DNA from: Dehalococcoidia bacterium | GTDB taxonomy: Bacteria; Chloroflexota; Dehalococcoidia; Lucifugimonadales; UBA2985 | Direction of reading: 5' to 3' | DNA length: 64,000 nucleotides | NCBI GenBank assembly: GCA_965263185.1 | Contig: OZ253588.1 | Coordinates: 448,895-512,894 of the forward strand | Shown here: piece after piece, positions 1 through 11,379 of the stretch | How positions within the stretch are numbered: position 1 is the first letter of the stretch | Layout of the letters: each line of letters starts with the position of its first letter | Made by a program: the position numbers and the translations under genes | Notes under the pieces: model-generated | Databases searched by the model: none | The model's input: the letters and a program-made list of their open reading frames with translations, nothing else | What the model was told of the DNA's origin: nothing

Positions 1-1403
1 GAGACCGACGACGACCTGGCAACCAAGTACCTGGAGGGAGAAACCATCTCAGACGAGGAGCTCAAGGAAGCTCTGAGCAAGGGTGTGGCTTCCGCCCAGA
101 TAGCGCCCGTGATGCCAGGCTCAGCTACACTGGGAATTGGGGTACAGGAGCTCCTTGAGGCTGTGAGGGAGTACATGCCCTCTCCAGCTACGCGGCCAGT
201 CGGCAGGAGGACTCGCCGGAGGCCGACCCGGAAGGCGCCCCGGCCGCGCTGGTCTTCAAGACCTCCGCAGACCCATACGTGGGTAAGATCTCCTTCTTCA
301 GGGTCTACAGCGGCGCCTTCAAAGCCGATTCCCAGATATGGAACAGCGACAAGAACCAGGTCGAGCGCGTGGGCCAGCTGTTCACCTTTCGCGGGAAGAC
401 CCAGGAGCAAGTCCCACAGGTGACGGCCGGCGACATTGGGGTTGTGACCAAGCTCTCGGCCACCACTACCGGGGACACGCTGTGCCAGAGAGACAACCCC
501 ATAACCCTCCCCGGAATCTCCTTCCCGTCGGCCCATCACACAGTGGCCGTCTACCCCAGAAGCAAGCAGGACGTGGACAAGATGTCCGCCTCGCTGGCGC
601 GCATGGCTGAGGAAGACCCCAGCCTGAGGGTGTACCGGGATCTGGACACCGGCGAGGTCCTCTTGGCCGGACTTGGAGACGTACACGTGGAGGTTACGGA
701 GGAGAAGATACGAAGGAAGTTTGGCACAGACCTGATGCTCCAGACACCCAAGATCCCCTACAAGGAGACCATAACCAGCGCCGCCAGGGTGGAATACAAG
801 CACAAGAAGCAGACGGGAGGCCACGGCCAGTACGGCCACGTGTTCTTGGAGTTGGAGCCTCTGCCCAAGAGCGGCGGCTTTGAGTTCGGGTCCAAGGTTG
901 TCGGCGGCAGCGTCCCGCGGGAGTACTTCCCTGCCGTTGAGAAGGGTGTGGTCAGGTCCCTAGAGGAGGGGTCTGTGGCAGGGTATCCTGTGGTCGACAT
1001 CAAGGTGGTCCTGTATGACGGCAGCTTCCACCCGGTGGACTCGTCCGGCATGTCCTTCGAGATTGCCGGTGGCTACGCCTTCAGAAAGGGCCTGTCCCTG
1101 GCTCAACCCGTCTTGCTGGAGCCCATAATGAGCGCCTCTATCAGGGTGCCGGACACCTTTACCGGTGACGTGACGGGAGACCTCAACACCAAGAGGGCGC
1201 GCATCCTGGGAATGACTCCCCAGGACGGCTACACCACCATAGACGTTGAGGCGCCACAGGCCGAGATGCTGAGGTACTCCACAGACCTGCGCTCCCTTAC
1301 CCAGGGCAGAGGCTCCTTTTCCATTGAGTTCGACCACTACGAGCCTGTCCCGGCTCACCTCACCCCAAAGATCGCCGGGGAGGCCAAGCGGGCAAGCGGC
1401 TGA
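1..1403 (+). CDS. fusA: Elongation factor G-family GTPase, 5' end outside window; reading frame switches from frame 1 to frame 3 around nt 186-215
   Basis: Frame 1 (nt 1-~200) reads ETDDDLATKYLEGE...LLEAVREYMPSPA, matching the EF-G G' region and LPSP motif. Frame 3 (open from nt 153) reads ...ALVFKTSADPYVGKISFFRVYSG...KKQTGGHGQYGHV...DSSGMSFEIAG...LRSLTQGRGSF. Stop at 1401-1403. Confidence 0.85.
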
Positions 1404-1645
1404 CCGGAGGCAGGGCAAGGGACGGAGTGGGCGCGAGCGATAACGGTTATCCCGCTCACGCCCTTCGACAAGCTCAGAGCCTGCCCCGCGCTTGATACGG
1501 GGGTGAGCGGGAAGGGGTTCCCCGTCCCGCTCGTGGTTAGCCGAGTTCCCCATCCCGCTCGTGGTTAGCCGAGTTCCCCGTCCTGCTCGTGGTGAGCCGA
1601 GTTCCCTTGCCCGCTCGTGGTGAGCCTGTCGAACCATATGAGCAG
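1404..1645. repeat. Intergenic REP-like cluster (FDKL/SLSNH family), including a 28-nt tandem array at 1517-1640
   Basis: Contains ttcgacaagctcagagcctgccccgcgcttgatacgggg and ggtgagcctgtcgaaccatatgagc motifs that recur at 24.3, 25.9, 26.1, 31.3, 50.2, 51.1 and 52.1 kb. Unit gttccccgtcccgctcgtggttagccga is repeated about 4 times head to tail (units start at 1517, 1545, 1573, 1601). Confidence 0.85.
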
Positions 1646-2228
1646 TGTCGCGCGCCACAACCAACACGTGTTGAGAATGCCGCGCGGTCGGCTGCCCATT
1701 GACTACAGAGCATCCACAGTCTACTGTAGAGCTATGAGAGTCCGTATCGGGGAACTGCTGCAGAGGCTGCACCACGTCCTGGCCTCAGTGGACAACGCCA
1801 TTCTTGGAGGGCCCGGCTTTCCATCAACGGCATCCTGAGGATACGACGCTGTTGCCGGGAGCCCGGTCTGGGCTTCACAACTCCGCAGCGACATCGACGC
1901 TGAGCTTGGCCTGAAGAAATAGCGCATCACAACGGGCCAGCAGCCCGCGCAACCCAAATCGCACGCCCCGCGGCGCAATCGAACGCCTCTCCCGACAAGC
2001 CCTCACCCATATTGCCGCGACTGAAGGGCGATGCCGTTGCAACGCTTGATGATTATTTTCACAAGCGCTAGAATTGCGCTTGAGATCCCACCGGACACGA
2101 CAACGCGAGCAATCTCCGGCTATGCCGCTGCCCGCAGTCCTGCGGGACGATGACCGGGTACAAGGGAGGTCACGCTTAGTTCTATCCGTCCCAACAACGG
2201 CGGACGAAGGGACGCAGAAGAGGGTCCA

Positions 2229-2873
2229 ATGCCAGGCAAACCCACCGACACGACAGACGATGTTCCGGAGGTGGTTGTACTCCGCCTTCCGCAGTATGTC
2301 CGCGCCCTGGGAGACCTGCTGAGGCGGAAGGTGTTGGTGGTGAGCTCCCAGCAGCTTGGGGCCCAGCTTCAGATGACGCCGGCCCAAATACGCAAAGACC
2401 TGAGCTACTTTGGGCGATTTGGCAAGCAGGGCCGCGGCTACCCCGTCAAGTACCTTCTGGGAGAGCTGCGCCGGGTCCTGGGGCTGGAGAGGAAGTGGAA
2501 CACGTGCCTGGTAGGCGTAGGACGCCTGGGGAGAGCCGTCATCAATTACCCCGGATTCACCCCTGAGGGGTTCAACATAGTCGCCGCGTTCGATACGGCG
2601 CCCGGCGAGGTGGGGACGACGATAGGCTCGCTGGTGGTACAGCCCATTGAAGAGATGGAACCCGCCATAAGGGACCGGGACATACGCATCGGCATCGTTG
2701 CAGTCCCCGCCTCTCACGCCCAAGAGGTCATAGACCAACTGGTGGGGTACGGCATCAAAGCTGTGCTCAACTACGCCCCCCTGGGCCCGCAGGTGCCGGA
2801 CGGTGTGCGAATTCGCAACGTAGACCCCATCCTGGCGCTCCAGTCCATGACCTACTACCTGAAAGCGGACTGA
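2229..2873 (+). CDS. rex: Redox-sensing transcriptional repressor Rex
   Basis: LRLPQYVRALGDLL...VSSQQLGAQLQMTPAQIRKDLSYFGRFGKQGRGY winged-helix region followed by a VGVGRLGRAV Rossmann GxGxxG motif. Length 214 aa. Confidence 0.9.
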   Translation: MPGKPTDTTDDVPEVVVLRLPQYVRALGDLLRRKVLVVSSQQLGAQLQMTPAQIRKDLSYFGRFGKQGRGYPVKYLLGELRRVLGLERKWNTCLVGVGRLGRAVINYPGFTPEGFNIVAAFDTAPGEVGTTIGSLVVQPIEEMEPAIRDRDIRIGIVAVPASHAQEVIDQLVGYGIKAVLNYAPLGPQVPDGVRIRNVDPILALQSMTYYLKAD

Positions 2874-2986
2874 GGGCGCCCAACCCAAAACCGGCATGCG
2901 TGGCAAGAGTTACACGACCGCGCGTATTGCTTCAAGGGTATTCTCAACATATGTTGGCAATCGTCAACGCTGGCTGGAGCGCTACG

Positions 2987-3238
2987 CCTGGATTCCTGCG
3001 AAAGGAGACCCTTGCGCAACTGCCCCAACGCTCCATTTGATGTCATTCCGAGCGCAGCGAGGAATCTAGGACGTTGCGCCGTAGTCATGGGAAGATTCCA
3101 GCCACAGGGACCCTCGTGGAGGATGAGAGCCTTTAGATTCCTCACTCCGCTGTGCTCCGTTCGGAATGACAGTTGGAGCGTCTCTTCACAGGATGACGCT
3201 CAGAGTTATGCAAAGGTCTCCGGGACCAGGAATCCAGG
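2987..3238 (+). mobile_element. MITE-like nested inverted-repeat element, copy 1 (non-coding)
   Basis: Outer terminal inverted repeats: cctggattcctg..ggagacccttgcgcaact (2987-3021) against agttatgcaaaggtctcc..caggaatccagg (3204-3238). Inner inverted repeats: gtcattccgagcgcagcgaggaatcta against tagattcctcactccgctgtgctccgttcggaatgac. A second copy lies in inverted orientation at 31001-31205. Confidence 0.75.
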
Positions 3239-3440
3239 CGGCCCGTGATAGTGTATGATTGGCCCCTGCTTTCGCAGGGGTGGTCTGGTGGCTTAACCCT
3301 GCCTTCGCGCCTCGTAATGGCGCGGCCTCGGTGTGTTCAGAACCCTCACCCAGAAGATATCAAACACACGTAGAGAATGCTACTTCAAGACGGCCCATGG
3401 TCCGGATGATCGGCTGCGTCCCCTTCGCGTTGGATCTGGG

Positions 3441-3875
3441 CTAGCTCTGGCCCGGAGGCGCGGATGGTCGAGAGCGGCGCCGCTGCGCCACCTTCAGCCT
3501 TGCCTGTGACCTACGCAACGCGGACACTGCGCGCTCCAGGTCAACATCCGAGACGCGCATTTGAATCCTCTCCTCCGCTCTCCTCATAGCCTCCTGCACG
3601 CGCGCTTCATCGATCTCGTCGGAGCGTTCGGCGGAGTCGGCCAGAATTGTCACCTTGTTGGCCATCATCTCCAGGAAGCCGCCACCCACAGCCAAGTACG
3701 TCTCCTCGCCGTCCTTGCGCACCATGATTTCACCGGGCATTATCACAGTCATCAACGGCGCGTGGTGGGGCAGTATGCCAACCTCTCCCTCCATCGCCGG
3801 GGCGACGACCACGTCCACCTCATCGGAGTAGACCACCCGCTCTGCGGTGATTATCTCAAGGTTCATTGGCGCCAT
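3441..3875 (-). CDS. atpC: F1 ATP synthase subunit epsilon
   Basis: MAPMNLEIITAERVVYSDEVDVVVAPAMEGEVGILPHHAPLMT matches the epsilon N-terminal beta-sandwich. Last gene of the atp operon. Start chosen at the internal ATG with GGAGGG upstream; the ORF is open to 3941. Confidence 0.85.
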   Translation of the reverse strand: MAPMNLEIITAERVVYSDEVDVVVAPAMEGEVGILPHHAPLMTVIMPGEIMVRKDGEETYLAVGGGFLEMMANKVTILADSAERSDEIDEARVQEAMRRAEERIQMRVSDVDLERAVSALRRSQARLKVAQRRRSRPSAPPGQS

Positions 3876-3976
3876 GTCATCCTCATTCACCCTCCTGTGG
3901 AGGGACACCCACGCTTCCGGATTTCGCCTGTGTACAGACACTGAGCATTGAATACCCCCAGGGCCGTATCCTCTTT

Positions 3977-6287
<2,311 letters not shown>

Positions 6288-6387
6288 TCCGCTATCCTGG
6301 TACTATTCCCTTTCCAGTATGAGTCCTTCACGTCCGGGGCAGCCCGGCCAAGTCATGATAAGCCCTGTCTTCCGATACGTGCGCAGG

Positions 6388-7899
6388 TTAGAACGGCACC
6401 GTCCTCTTGAACTCCGCAATGGCGCTGATCAAGGCCTCTGTGACCTCCCCGTCCAACTGCCCCTTTTCCAGTATGGACTGCAACAGGTCGGCGTGAGCGC
6501 CCTCCATGTAGCGATGGAAAGCCTCCTCAAAGTCCTTGAGCTTATCTATGGCCACGTCATCCATGTGGCCGTTGATGACAGCGTACATTATGGATACCTG
6601 TTTCTCAAGGGACATCGGCTGGTATTGAAGCTGCTTCAGGATCTCCGTAATGCGCTGGCCCCGCTCCAGCTGGGAACGGGTAGCCGCGTCCAAGTCTGAG
6701 GTCCCGAACTGGGCGAACGTCACCAGCTCCCGGTACTGGGCCAAGTCCAGGCGCAGACGCCCGGCCACCTGCCTCATGGCCCTGGTCTGGGCCGAGCCAC
6801 CCACGCGGGAGACCGAAAGGCCCACGTTGACCGCCGGGCGTATACCGGCGTTGAACAGGTCCGCCTCCAGGTATATCTGCCCGTCCGTGATGGAGATTAC
6901 GTTGGTTGGTATGTAGCCGGACACGTCTCCCGCCTGTGTCTCGATTATGGGCAGAGCGGTCAGGGAGCCTCCTCCGAACTCCTCGTCCATTCTGGCAGCC
7001 CTCTCCAGGAGGCGGCTGTGCAGGTAGAACACGTCGCCGGGGTAAGCCTCCCGCCCGGGCGGGCGTCTCAGCAGCAGAGAGAGCTGCCGGTAGGCCCAGG
7101 CGTGCTTGGAGAGGTCGTCGTATATGATAAGGGCGTCCCTGCCCTGCTCCATGAACTCCTCGCCAATGGCGCAGCCGGCGTAGGGAGCAATGTATTGCAG
7201 GGCTGCGGCGTCTGCGGAGTTGGCCGCCACCACAACGGTGTGGCCCAAGGCCCCGTTCTCCTCCAGGATGCCAACCGTCTGGGCCACCTTGCTTGCCTTC
7301 TGACCCACGGCCACGTATATGCAGACGAGGTCGCCACCCTTCTGGTTTATGATGGTGTCCAGGGCAATGGCCGACTTGCCTGTAGAGCGGTCCCCGATGA
7401 TCAGCTCACGCTGCCCTCTGCCTATGGGAATCATGGCGTCGATGGCCTTGATGCCCGTCTGCACGGGAAGGTTCACAGACTTCCTCATAACCACGTTGGG
7501 AGCCACCCTCTCCACCGGCCTTGTCTTCTCCGACCTTATGGCGCCCTTGCCGTCTATGGGGCGGCCCAGGGCGTCCACCACCCTGCCCAAGAGCCCGTCT
7601 CCCACCGGCACCTCTACGATGCGACCCGTGGAGCGGACCTCGTCCCCTTCCTTGATCTGGGAGTCGGACCCCAAGATAACCACACCTACGCTATCCTCCT
7701 CCAGGTTCATGGCGATGCCCATGACATCGCCAGGAAACTGCACCAGCTCCGTATAGCGGGCCCCGCTAAGTCCCTGGATTCTGGCGATGCCGTCTCCCAC
7801 CTCCACCACCGTCCCCACGTCCACCATTGTGACCTCGCCACCGAACTCCTGTATCTGGCGCCTGATTACCGATGTTATGTCCTGTCCGCGAACTGCCAT
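6388..7899 (-). CDS. atpA: F1 ATP synthase subunit alpha
   Basis: [11 protein letters not shown] Walker [43 protein letters not shown]. 503 aa. Confidence 0.97.
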   Translation of the reverse strand: MAVRGQDITSVIRRQIQEFGGEVTMVDVGTVVEVGDGIARIQGLSGARYTELVQFPGDVMGIAMNLEEDSVGVVILGSDSQIKEGDEVRSTGRIVEVPVGDGLLGRVVDALGRPIDGKGAIRSEKTRPVERVAPNVVMRKSVNLPVQTGIKAIDAMIPIGRGQRELIIGDRSTGKSAIALDTIINQKGGDLVCIYVAVGQKASKVAQTVGILEENGALGHTVVVAANSADAAALQYIAPYAGCAIGEEFMEQGRDALIIYDDLSKHAWAYRQLSLLLRRPPGREAYPGDVFYLHSRLLERAARMDEEFGGGSLTALPIIETQAGDVSGYIPTNVISITDGQIYLEADLFNAGIRPAVNVGLSVSRVGGSAQTRAMRQVAGRLRLDLAQYRELVTFAQFGTSDLDAATRSQLERGQRITEILKQLQYQPMSLEKQVSIMYAVINGHMDDVAIDKLKDFEEAFHRYMEGAHADLLQSILEKGQLDGEVTEALISAIAEFKRTVPF

Positions 7900-7932
7900 G
7901 TTTATACCTCTAGCGAGAGATTAGGGAACTGC

Positions 7933-8472
7933 CTAATAGCTTGCTTCAGCCAAAGATTTCCTCAAGTCCTGGAGCTTGGTCCTGACGCTGCCGTCGATGA
8001 GCCTGTCCCCCACCCTAGCCACCAACCCCGCCAGAATGCTCTCGTCCACGGCCGCCGTCAACTCTATCTCTTTGCCAACCAGACCTCCCAGGTAGCCAGC
8101 GAGACGGTCCCGTTGCCCAGCCTCCAGCGGAACGGCGCTTATCACGTGGGCCCGCTCGCGGCCATGATGCCGGTCCACCAGCTTGCCGTACTCCTCCCGG
8201 ACGGAGGGAACCGCATCCACCATCTCCCTGATGACCAAGATGCCCAGAAGGTTGCTCACCATTGCTTCAAGGTCCGGGAAAGCCTCCCGTATCACGCTCA
8301 TCTTCTGCGACAGCCTGATCTTTGGCATACCCAGGAAGGCAGCAAACTCCCTCTCCTGCAAAGCCTCGTCCAGACCTTGCAGGTCCGCTTGCCACTTCTC
8401 CACCTCGCCCTTCTCCAGGGCAAGCTGGAAGAGAGCCAGAGCATACCGCTTTGCAGAGGGTCTTCTGGGCAT
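7933..8472 (-). CDS. atpH: F1 ATP synthase subunit delta (OSCP)
   Basis: AKRYALALFQLALEKGEV... with C-terminal GGLVARVGDRLIDGSVRTKL. Lies between atpF and atpA. Confidence 0.9.
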   Translation of the reverse strand: MPRRPSAKRYALALFQLALEKGEVEKWQADLQGLDEALQEREFAAFLGMPKIRLSQKMSVIREAFPDLEAMVSNLLGILVIREMVDAVPSVREEYGKLVDRHHGRERAHVISAVPLEAGQRDRLAGYLGGLVGKEIELTAAVDESILAGLVARVGDRLIDGSVRTKLQDLRKSLAEASY

Positions 8473-8481
8473 GACTACTCC

Positions 8482-8991
8482 CTAGTTCCCATTTGCGTTG
8501 GGGCTTTCCTCAAGCACCTTTTCGATTATGTCCCTGTGCGCGCTCTCGTCCAGGGAGCGCTCTATAACCCGCTCCGCAGCCAGGATGGCCAGCCCGGCGA
8601 AGTTGCTCCGCACCTGGTCGATGGCCGCGTCCCGCTCTCTCTGAATGTCATCGCGGGCGCGGGCCACAAAGGCCTCAGCTTCCTGGCGAGCCTTCTCCCT
8701 CTCCTCTTCCCTGTACCGATCGGCCATCTCGCGAGCCTGGTTCAGGACGGCCTGGCCTTCATGACGGCCCTCCTCCAGCCGCTTCTCCATCTCCTCATGC
8801 TGGACAACCGACTCCTGCCTCACCCGTTCCGCGGCCTCCACGCTTTCCCTGATGCGCTCCGACCGCTCGTCCAGCATACGCAATATCCGTTTGTACCCTA
8901 CTACGTACAGGATGACGAGTAGCACGGTGAAGTTGAACAGATACGCAATCAGGCTGGGTATGTGAAAACCCAGTTTTGCCAGAGCTTCCAT
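8482..8991 (-). CDS. atpF: Fo ATP synthase subunit b
   Basis: One N-terminal TM helix (LIAYLFNFTVLLVILYVV) followed by a long charged coiled-coil. Operon position. Confidence 0.9.
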   Translation of the reverse strand: MEALAKLGFHIPSLIAYLFNFTVLLVILYVVGYKRILRMLDERSERIRESVEAAERVRQESVVQHEEMEKRLEEGRHEGQAVLNQAREMADRYREEEREKARQEAEAFVARARDDIQRERDAAIDQVRSNFAGLAILAAERVIERSLDESAHRDIIEKVLEESPNANGN

Positions 8992-9039
8992 ACCTTCCTC
9001 CCTCCAGGTGAATTTCTAGGTTGTGTCCGGTATGGGCTC

Positions 9040-9282
<243 letters not shown>

Positions 9283-9325
9283 TCAAGATGTTAGATGTTC
9301 CGGACTTCGGCTTTTCCGCCTAACC

Positions 9326-9421
9326 TTACTCTATCTTTGAAAACACCGCCAGAACCCCGGCCAGGGCCGCAGCCGACAGGCCAACTGACACGATTACTAG
9401 GGCCAGAATTATCACGTCCAT
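9326..9421 (-). CDS. Unannotated 31-codon hydrophobic small ORF between atpB and atpE (MDVIILALVIVSVGLSAAALAGVLAVFSKIE)
   Basis: ATG at 9421 is preceded by GGAGG with 8-nt spacing, immediately after the atpB stop. Predicts a single TM helix; TAA stop at 9326-9328. It fills an otherwise empty 163-nt atpB-atpE gap. It is below the 60-aa cutoff of the ORF track. Confidence 0.5.
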   Translation of the reverse strand: MDVIILALVIVSVGLSAAALAGVLAVFSKIE

Positions 9422-9436
9422 TTGCTTGACCTCCGC

Positions 9437-10423
9437 CTAAGAATGCTCTTCTTCCGAATGAGGCGTTACCGCAACCACCGCGAACACCAGGGTCAGACCG
9501 GCGAATATAAGCGCCTGCACCAGACCCACCAGCAACTCCAGACCGTAGAATACCACCACTGCTACAAAGGGCACCAGGTAGGTTATCACCAGCAGCAGAA
9601 TCTCCCCCGCCGTCATGTTGCCAAAGAGCCTGAAGGTGAAGCTGACAATCCGCACAAACTCGCTGAGCAGCTCCAGCACACCTACAAAGAGGTCTATAGG
9701 GACCTGGAGGAAGTTGCCCTTACGCAGGTTCTCTAGGCGGACGAACTTGCCAAGGTAGCCTATGCCGAGCATCTTCAGTCCCCAGTACTCCACGAACACA
9801 AAGGACACCAGCGCCAGCGCCAGGGGCATGTTCATATCCGTACCGGCGGGGCGCAGCAGGTGGGTATGAATAGGCTCGGTGGTGAAGAACGACTGGGCGT
9901 CATAGCTCAGTGTGGGGTAGATTGGCAACAGGCCAATCCATGCGTTGAGCAGCACGAACAGGAATATGGTGGCTATGAGGGGAAAGAAGCGACGGGCGTT
10001 CTCGGACCCGGCCACGCTCTGGACAAAGTTGTACAGGGCCTCAACCGCCGCCTCCAGCAGGTTTTGCAGGCCGTGAGGCACCATGGTCATTCGGCGGGTT
10101 GCAAAGAAGAACAGGGCTATCAGGAGCAGGGACACAATCCAAGCGGAAAGAAGGGTGTTGGTAACTACGAACCCGTCCTTCTCGGTAACATCGTACTTCA
10201 CCGTGTCGCCGGGCTCGCACGGGGGGGCGTAATACGTATGGTCCTGGGCCTCGCATTTGGAGGGCGTCAGCTTCTGGGGAGGAATGTGAGGTGAGGGCTG
10301 CGCCACGAACACCGGCTCCGCGTCCTCGCCGGCAAACAGCGCCGTCCCAATGGCCCCCGTAACAAAGCCGGCCAAGACCATCGCCAGCATCACAATAGCG
10401 ACCAGCGCCACTATCTGCTTCAT
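9437..10423 (-). CDS. atpB: Fo ATP synthase subunit a
   Basis: C-terminal FTFRLFGNMTAGEILL motif (conserved Arg) and polytopic TM profile. Start taken at MKQIVAL (10423), just downstream of the atpZ stop; the ORF is open to 10471. Has a long N-terminal extension with a Cys-x14-Cys loop. Confidence 0.9.
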   Translation of the reverse strand: MKQIVALVAIVMLAMVLAGFVTGAIGTALFAGEDAEPVFVAQPSPHIPPQKLTPSKCEAQDHTYYAPPCEPGDTVKYDVTEKDGFVVTNTLLSAWIVSLLLIALFFFATRRMTMVPHGLQNLLEAAVEALYNFVQSVAGSENARRFFPLIATIFLFVLLNAWIGLLPIYPTLSYDAQSFFTTEPIHTHLLRPAGTDMNMPLALALVSFVFVEYWGLKMLGIGYLGKFVRLENLRKGNFLQVPIDLFVGVLELLSEFVRIVSFTFRLFGNMTAGEILLLVITYLVPFVAVVVFYGLELLVGLVQALIFAGLTLVFAVVAVTPHSEEEHS

Positions 10424-10433
10424 GTCCGGTCTG

Positions 10434-10694
10434 TCACTCCTCGTCCCGTTTCTCTGTGTCGTAGCTGCCATTCATAAGGGGCAGCACCATCCTGTATATC
10501 CCGTAAAAGGCCAGCGCCGAGCCAACCACTATTCCGGCCAGGGTGAAGACCGGAACCATGCCCAGCTTCCCGTCAAGCCATAGCCCTCCGACAAGCCCCC
10601 CAATAATGCAAAAGGCAACGTACCACCCCACACCCACCAACTGCATGACTATGACCAGCGTGCCCTTATTCAAAGGAGCCACCGGAGCCACCAA
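10434..10694 (-). CDS. AtpZ/AtpI-like small membrane protein (putative F0F1-ATPase accessory subunit)
   Basis: Two TM helices with a GGLVGGLWLDGKLGMVPVFTLAGIVVG pattern typical of the family. First gene of the atp operon. Start codon uncertain (TTG 10694, GTG 10691 or GTG 10679). Confidence 0.6.
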   Translation of the reverse strand: MVAPVAPLNKGTLVIVMQLVGVGWYVAFCIIGGLVGGLWLDGKLGMVPVFTLAGIVVGSALAFYGIYRMVLPLMNGSYDTEKRDEE

Positions 10695-10697
10695 ATT

Positions 10698-10732
10698 TTG
10701 TGCATACTATCACATACTTTTCCCAAGGTCAA
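10698..10732 (-). promoter_or_regulatory. atp operon promoter (TTGACC-N17-TAGTAT) with an overlapping Rex-type operator TGTGA-N6-GCACA
   Basis: Minus strand reads TTGACCttgggaaaagtatgtgaTAGTATgcacaaaatTTG. The -35 is at 10732-10727 and the -10 at 10709-10704. The palindrome TGTGAtagtatGCACA (10714-10699) spans the -10 and has one mismatch to TGTGA-N6-TCACA. Confidence 0.5.
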
Positions 10733-10929
10733 CGCTGGCAGGCGACCATCCAGGGTATTTCGATGGAGGTTGCGCTGCCGGCAGCAACGCTCAGGGACAC
10801 GGCCTAGAGCACCGGCTGGTCCTACATGCCCGCCACGGACCTGCCCCGCCTTGCCGACCAGTGCCAGGAGGCGCGCCCGGCCCGCGGCTCCGTCCTAGTG
10901 CCAGCGTAGGGGTGAGAGCGCTCCAAATC

Positions 10930-11379
10930 TTATGTGTTCCTGCCACGCCACTGCTGCTTGTAAGTGATTCGCTCTCTATTAGGCTGACCTTGAAAAGTTA
11001 CCAGATAATGAATTGGATGACTGGACTCCAGGAGGTCTTGTGTCACCGAACTCAATCCATAAGTGATTATCCTGTGCTGCTGGATTGTGGATAGATCTTG
11101 CCGCCGTATCCAGACAACCGATATCCGGCGCGATTTTATGAGCTCAATGTACTGTCGCCTGGAGGAGATGTCCCTGGTTATCCAGACTCCTCTGAACCCG
11201 TACTGGTCTGCAATGTGATTAATGATAACAGGGTCTTCAATTGCACCCGATGGGTTATCGAACTCCTCCTGAACGCTCCGTACAGGATAATCTAGCCCCG
11301 CCAGTACTCGGGCAATAAGAGGATTGAGCCCATTGTCTAGGATAAAGAAAGGACCCCTGTCCGGTTCACGCAGCAGCAA
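10930..11379 (-). CDS. PIN-like / DUF5615-type putative toxin (VapC45-like)
   Basis: FFILDNGLNPLIARVLAGLDYPV...AIEDPVIINHIADQYGFRGVWITRD resembles DUF5615 / Mut7-C-like PIN proteins. Overlaps the upstream DUF433 gene by 14 nt. The region is visibly more AT-rich than its flanks. Confidence 0.6.
   Translation of the reverse strand: MLLREPDRGPFFILDNGLNPLIARVLAGLDYPVRSVQEEFDNPSGAIEDPVIINHIADQYGFRGVWITRDISSRRQYIELIKSRRISVVWIRRQDLSTIQQHRIITYGLSSVTQDLLESSHPIHYLVTFQGQPNRERITYKQQWRGRNT

Noticed and set aside
1517-1640. 28-nt tandem repeats, considered as a possible CRISPR array
   Set aside because: The units are directly abutting with no spacers, there are only about 4 copies, and they belong to the dispersed REP family. 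No cas genes are present in the window.
2046-2064. TTGATGATTATTTTCACAA, considered as a Rex autoregulatory operator upstream of rex
   Set aside because: Only the right half-site (TCACA) matches. The left half is GATGA, two mismatches from TGTGA. It is too weak to call without a lineage-specific matrix.
1875-2906. 343-aa minus-strand ORF
   Set aside because: It overlaps rex in antisense and extends through non-coding DNA. No motif.
7018-8922. 634-aa ORF on the plus strand
   Set aside because: It lies entirely antisense to atpA, atpH and atpF, whose products have unmistakable motifs. Its translation is low-complexity (H/P/L/G/R-rich) with no motif. This is a typical stop-poor antisense frame in high-GC DNA.
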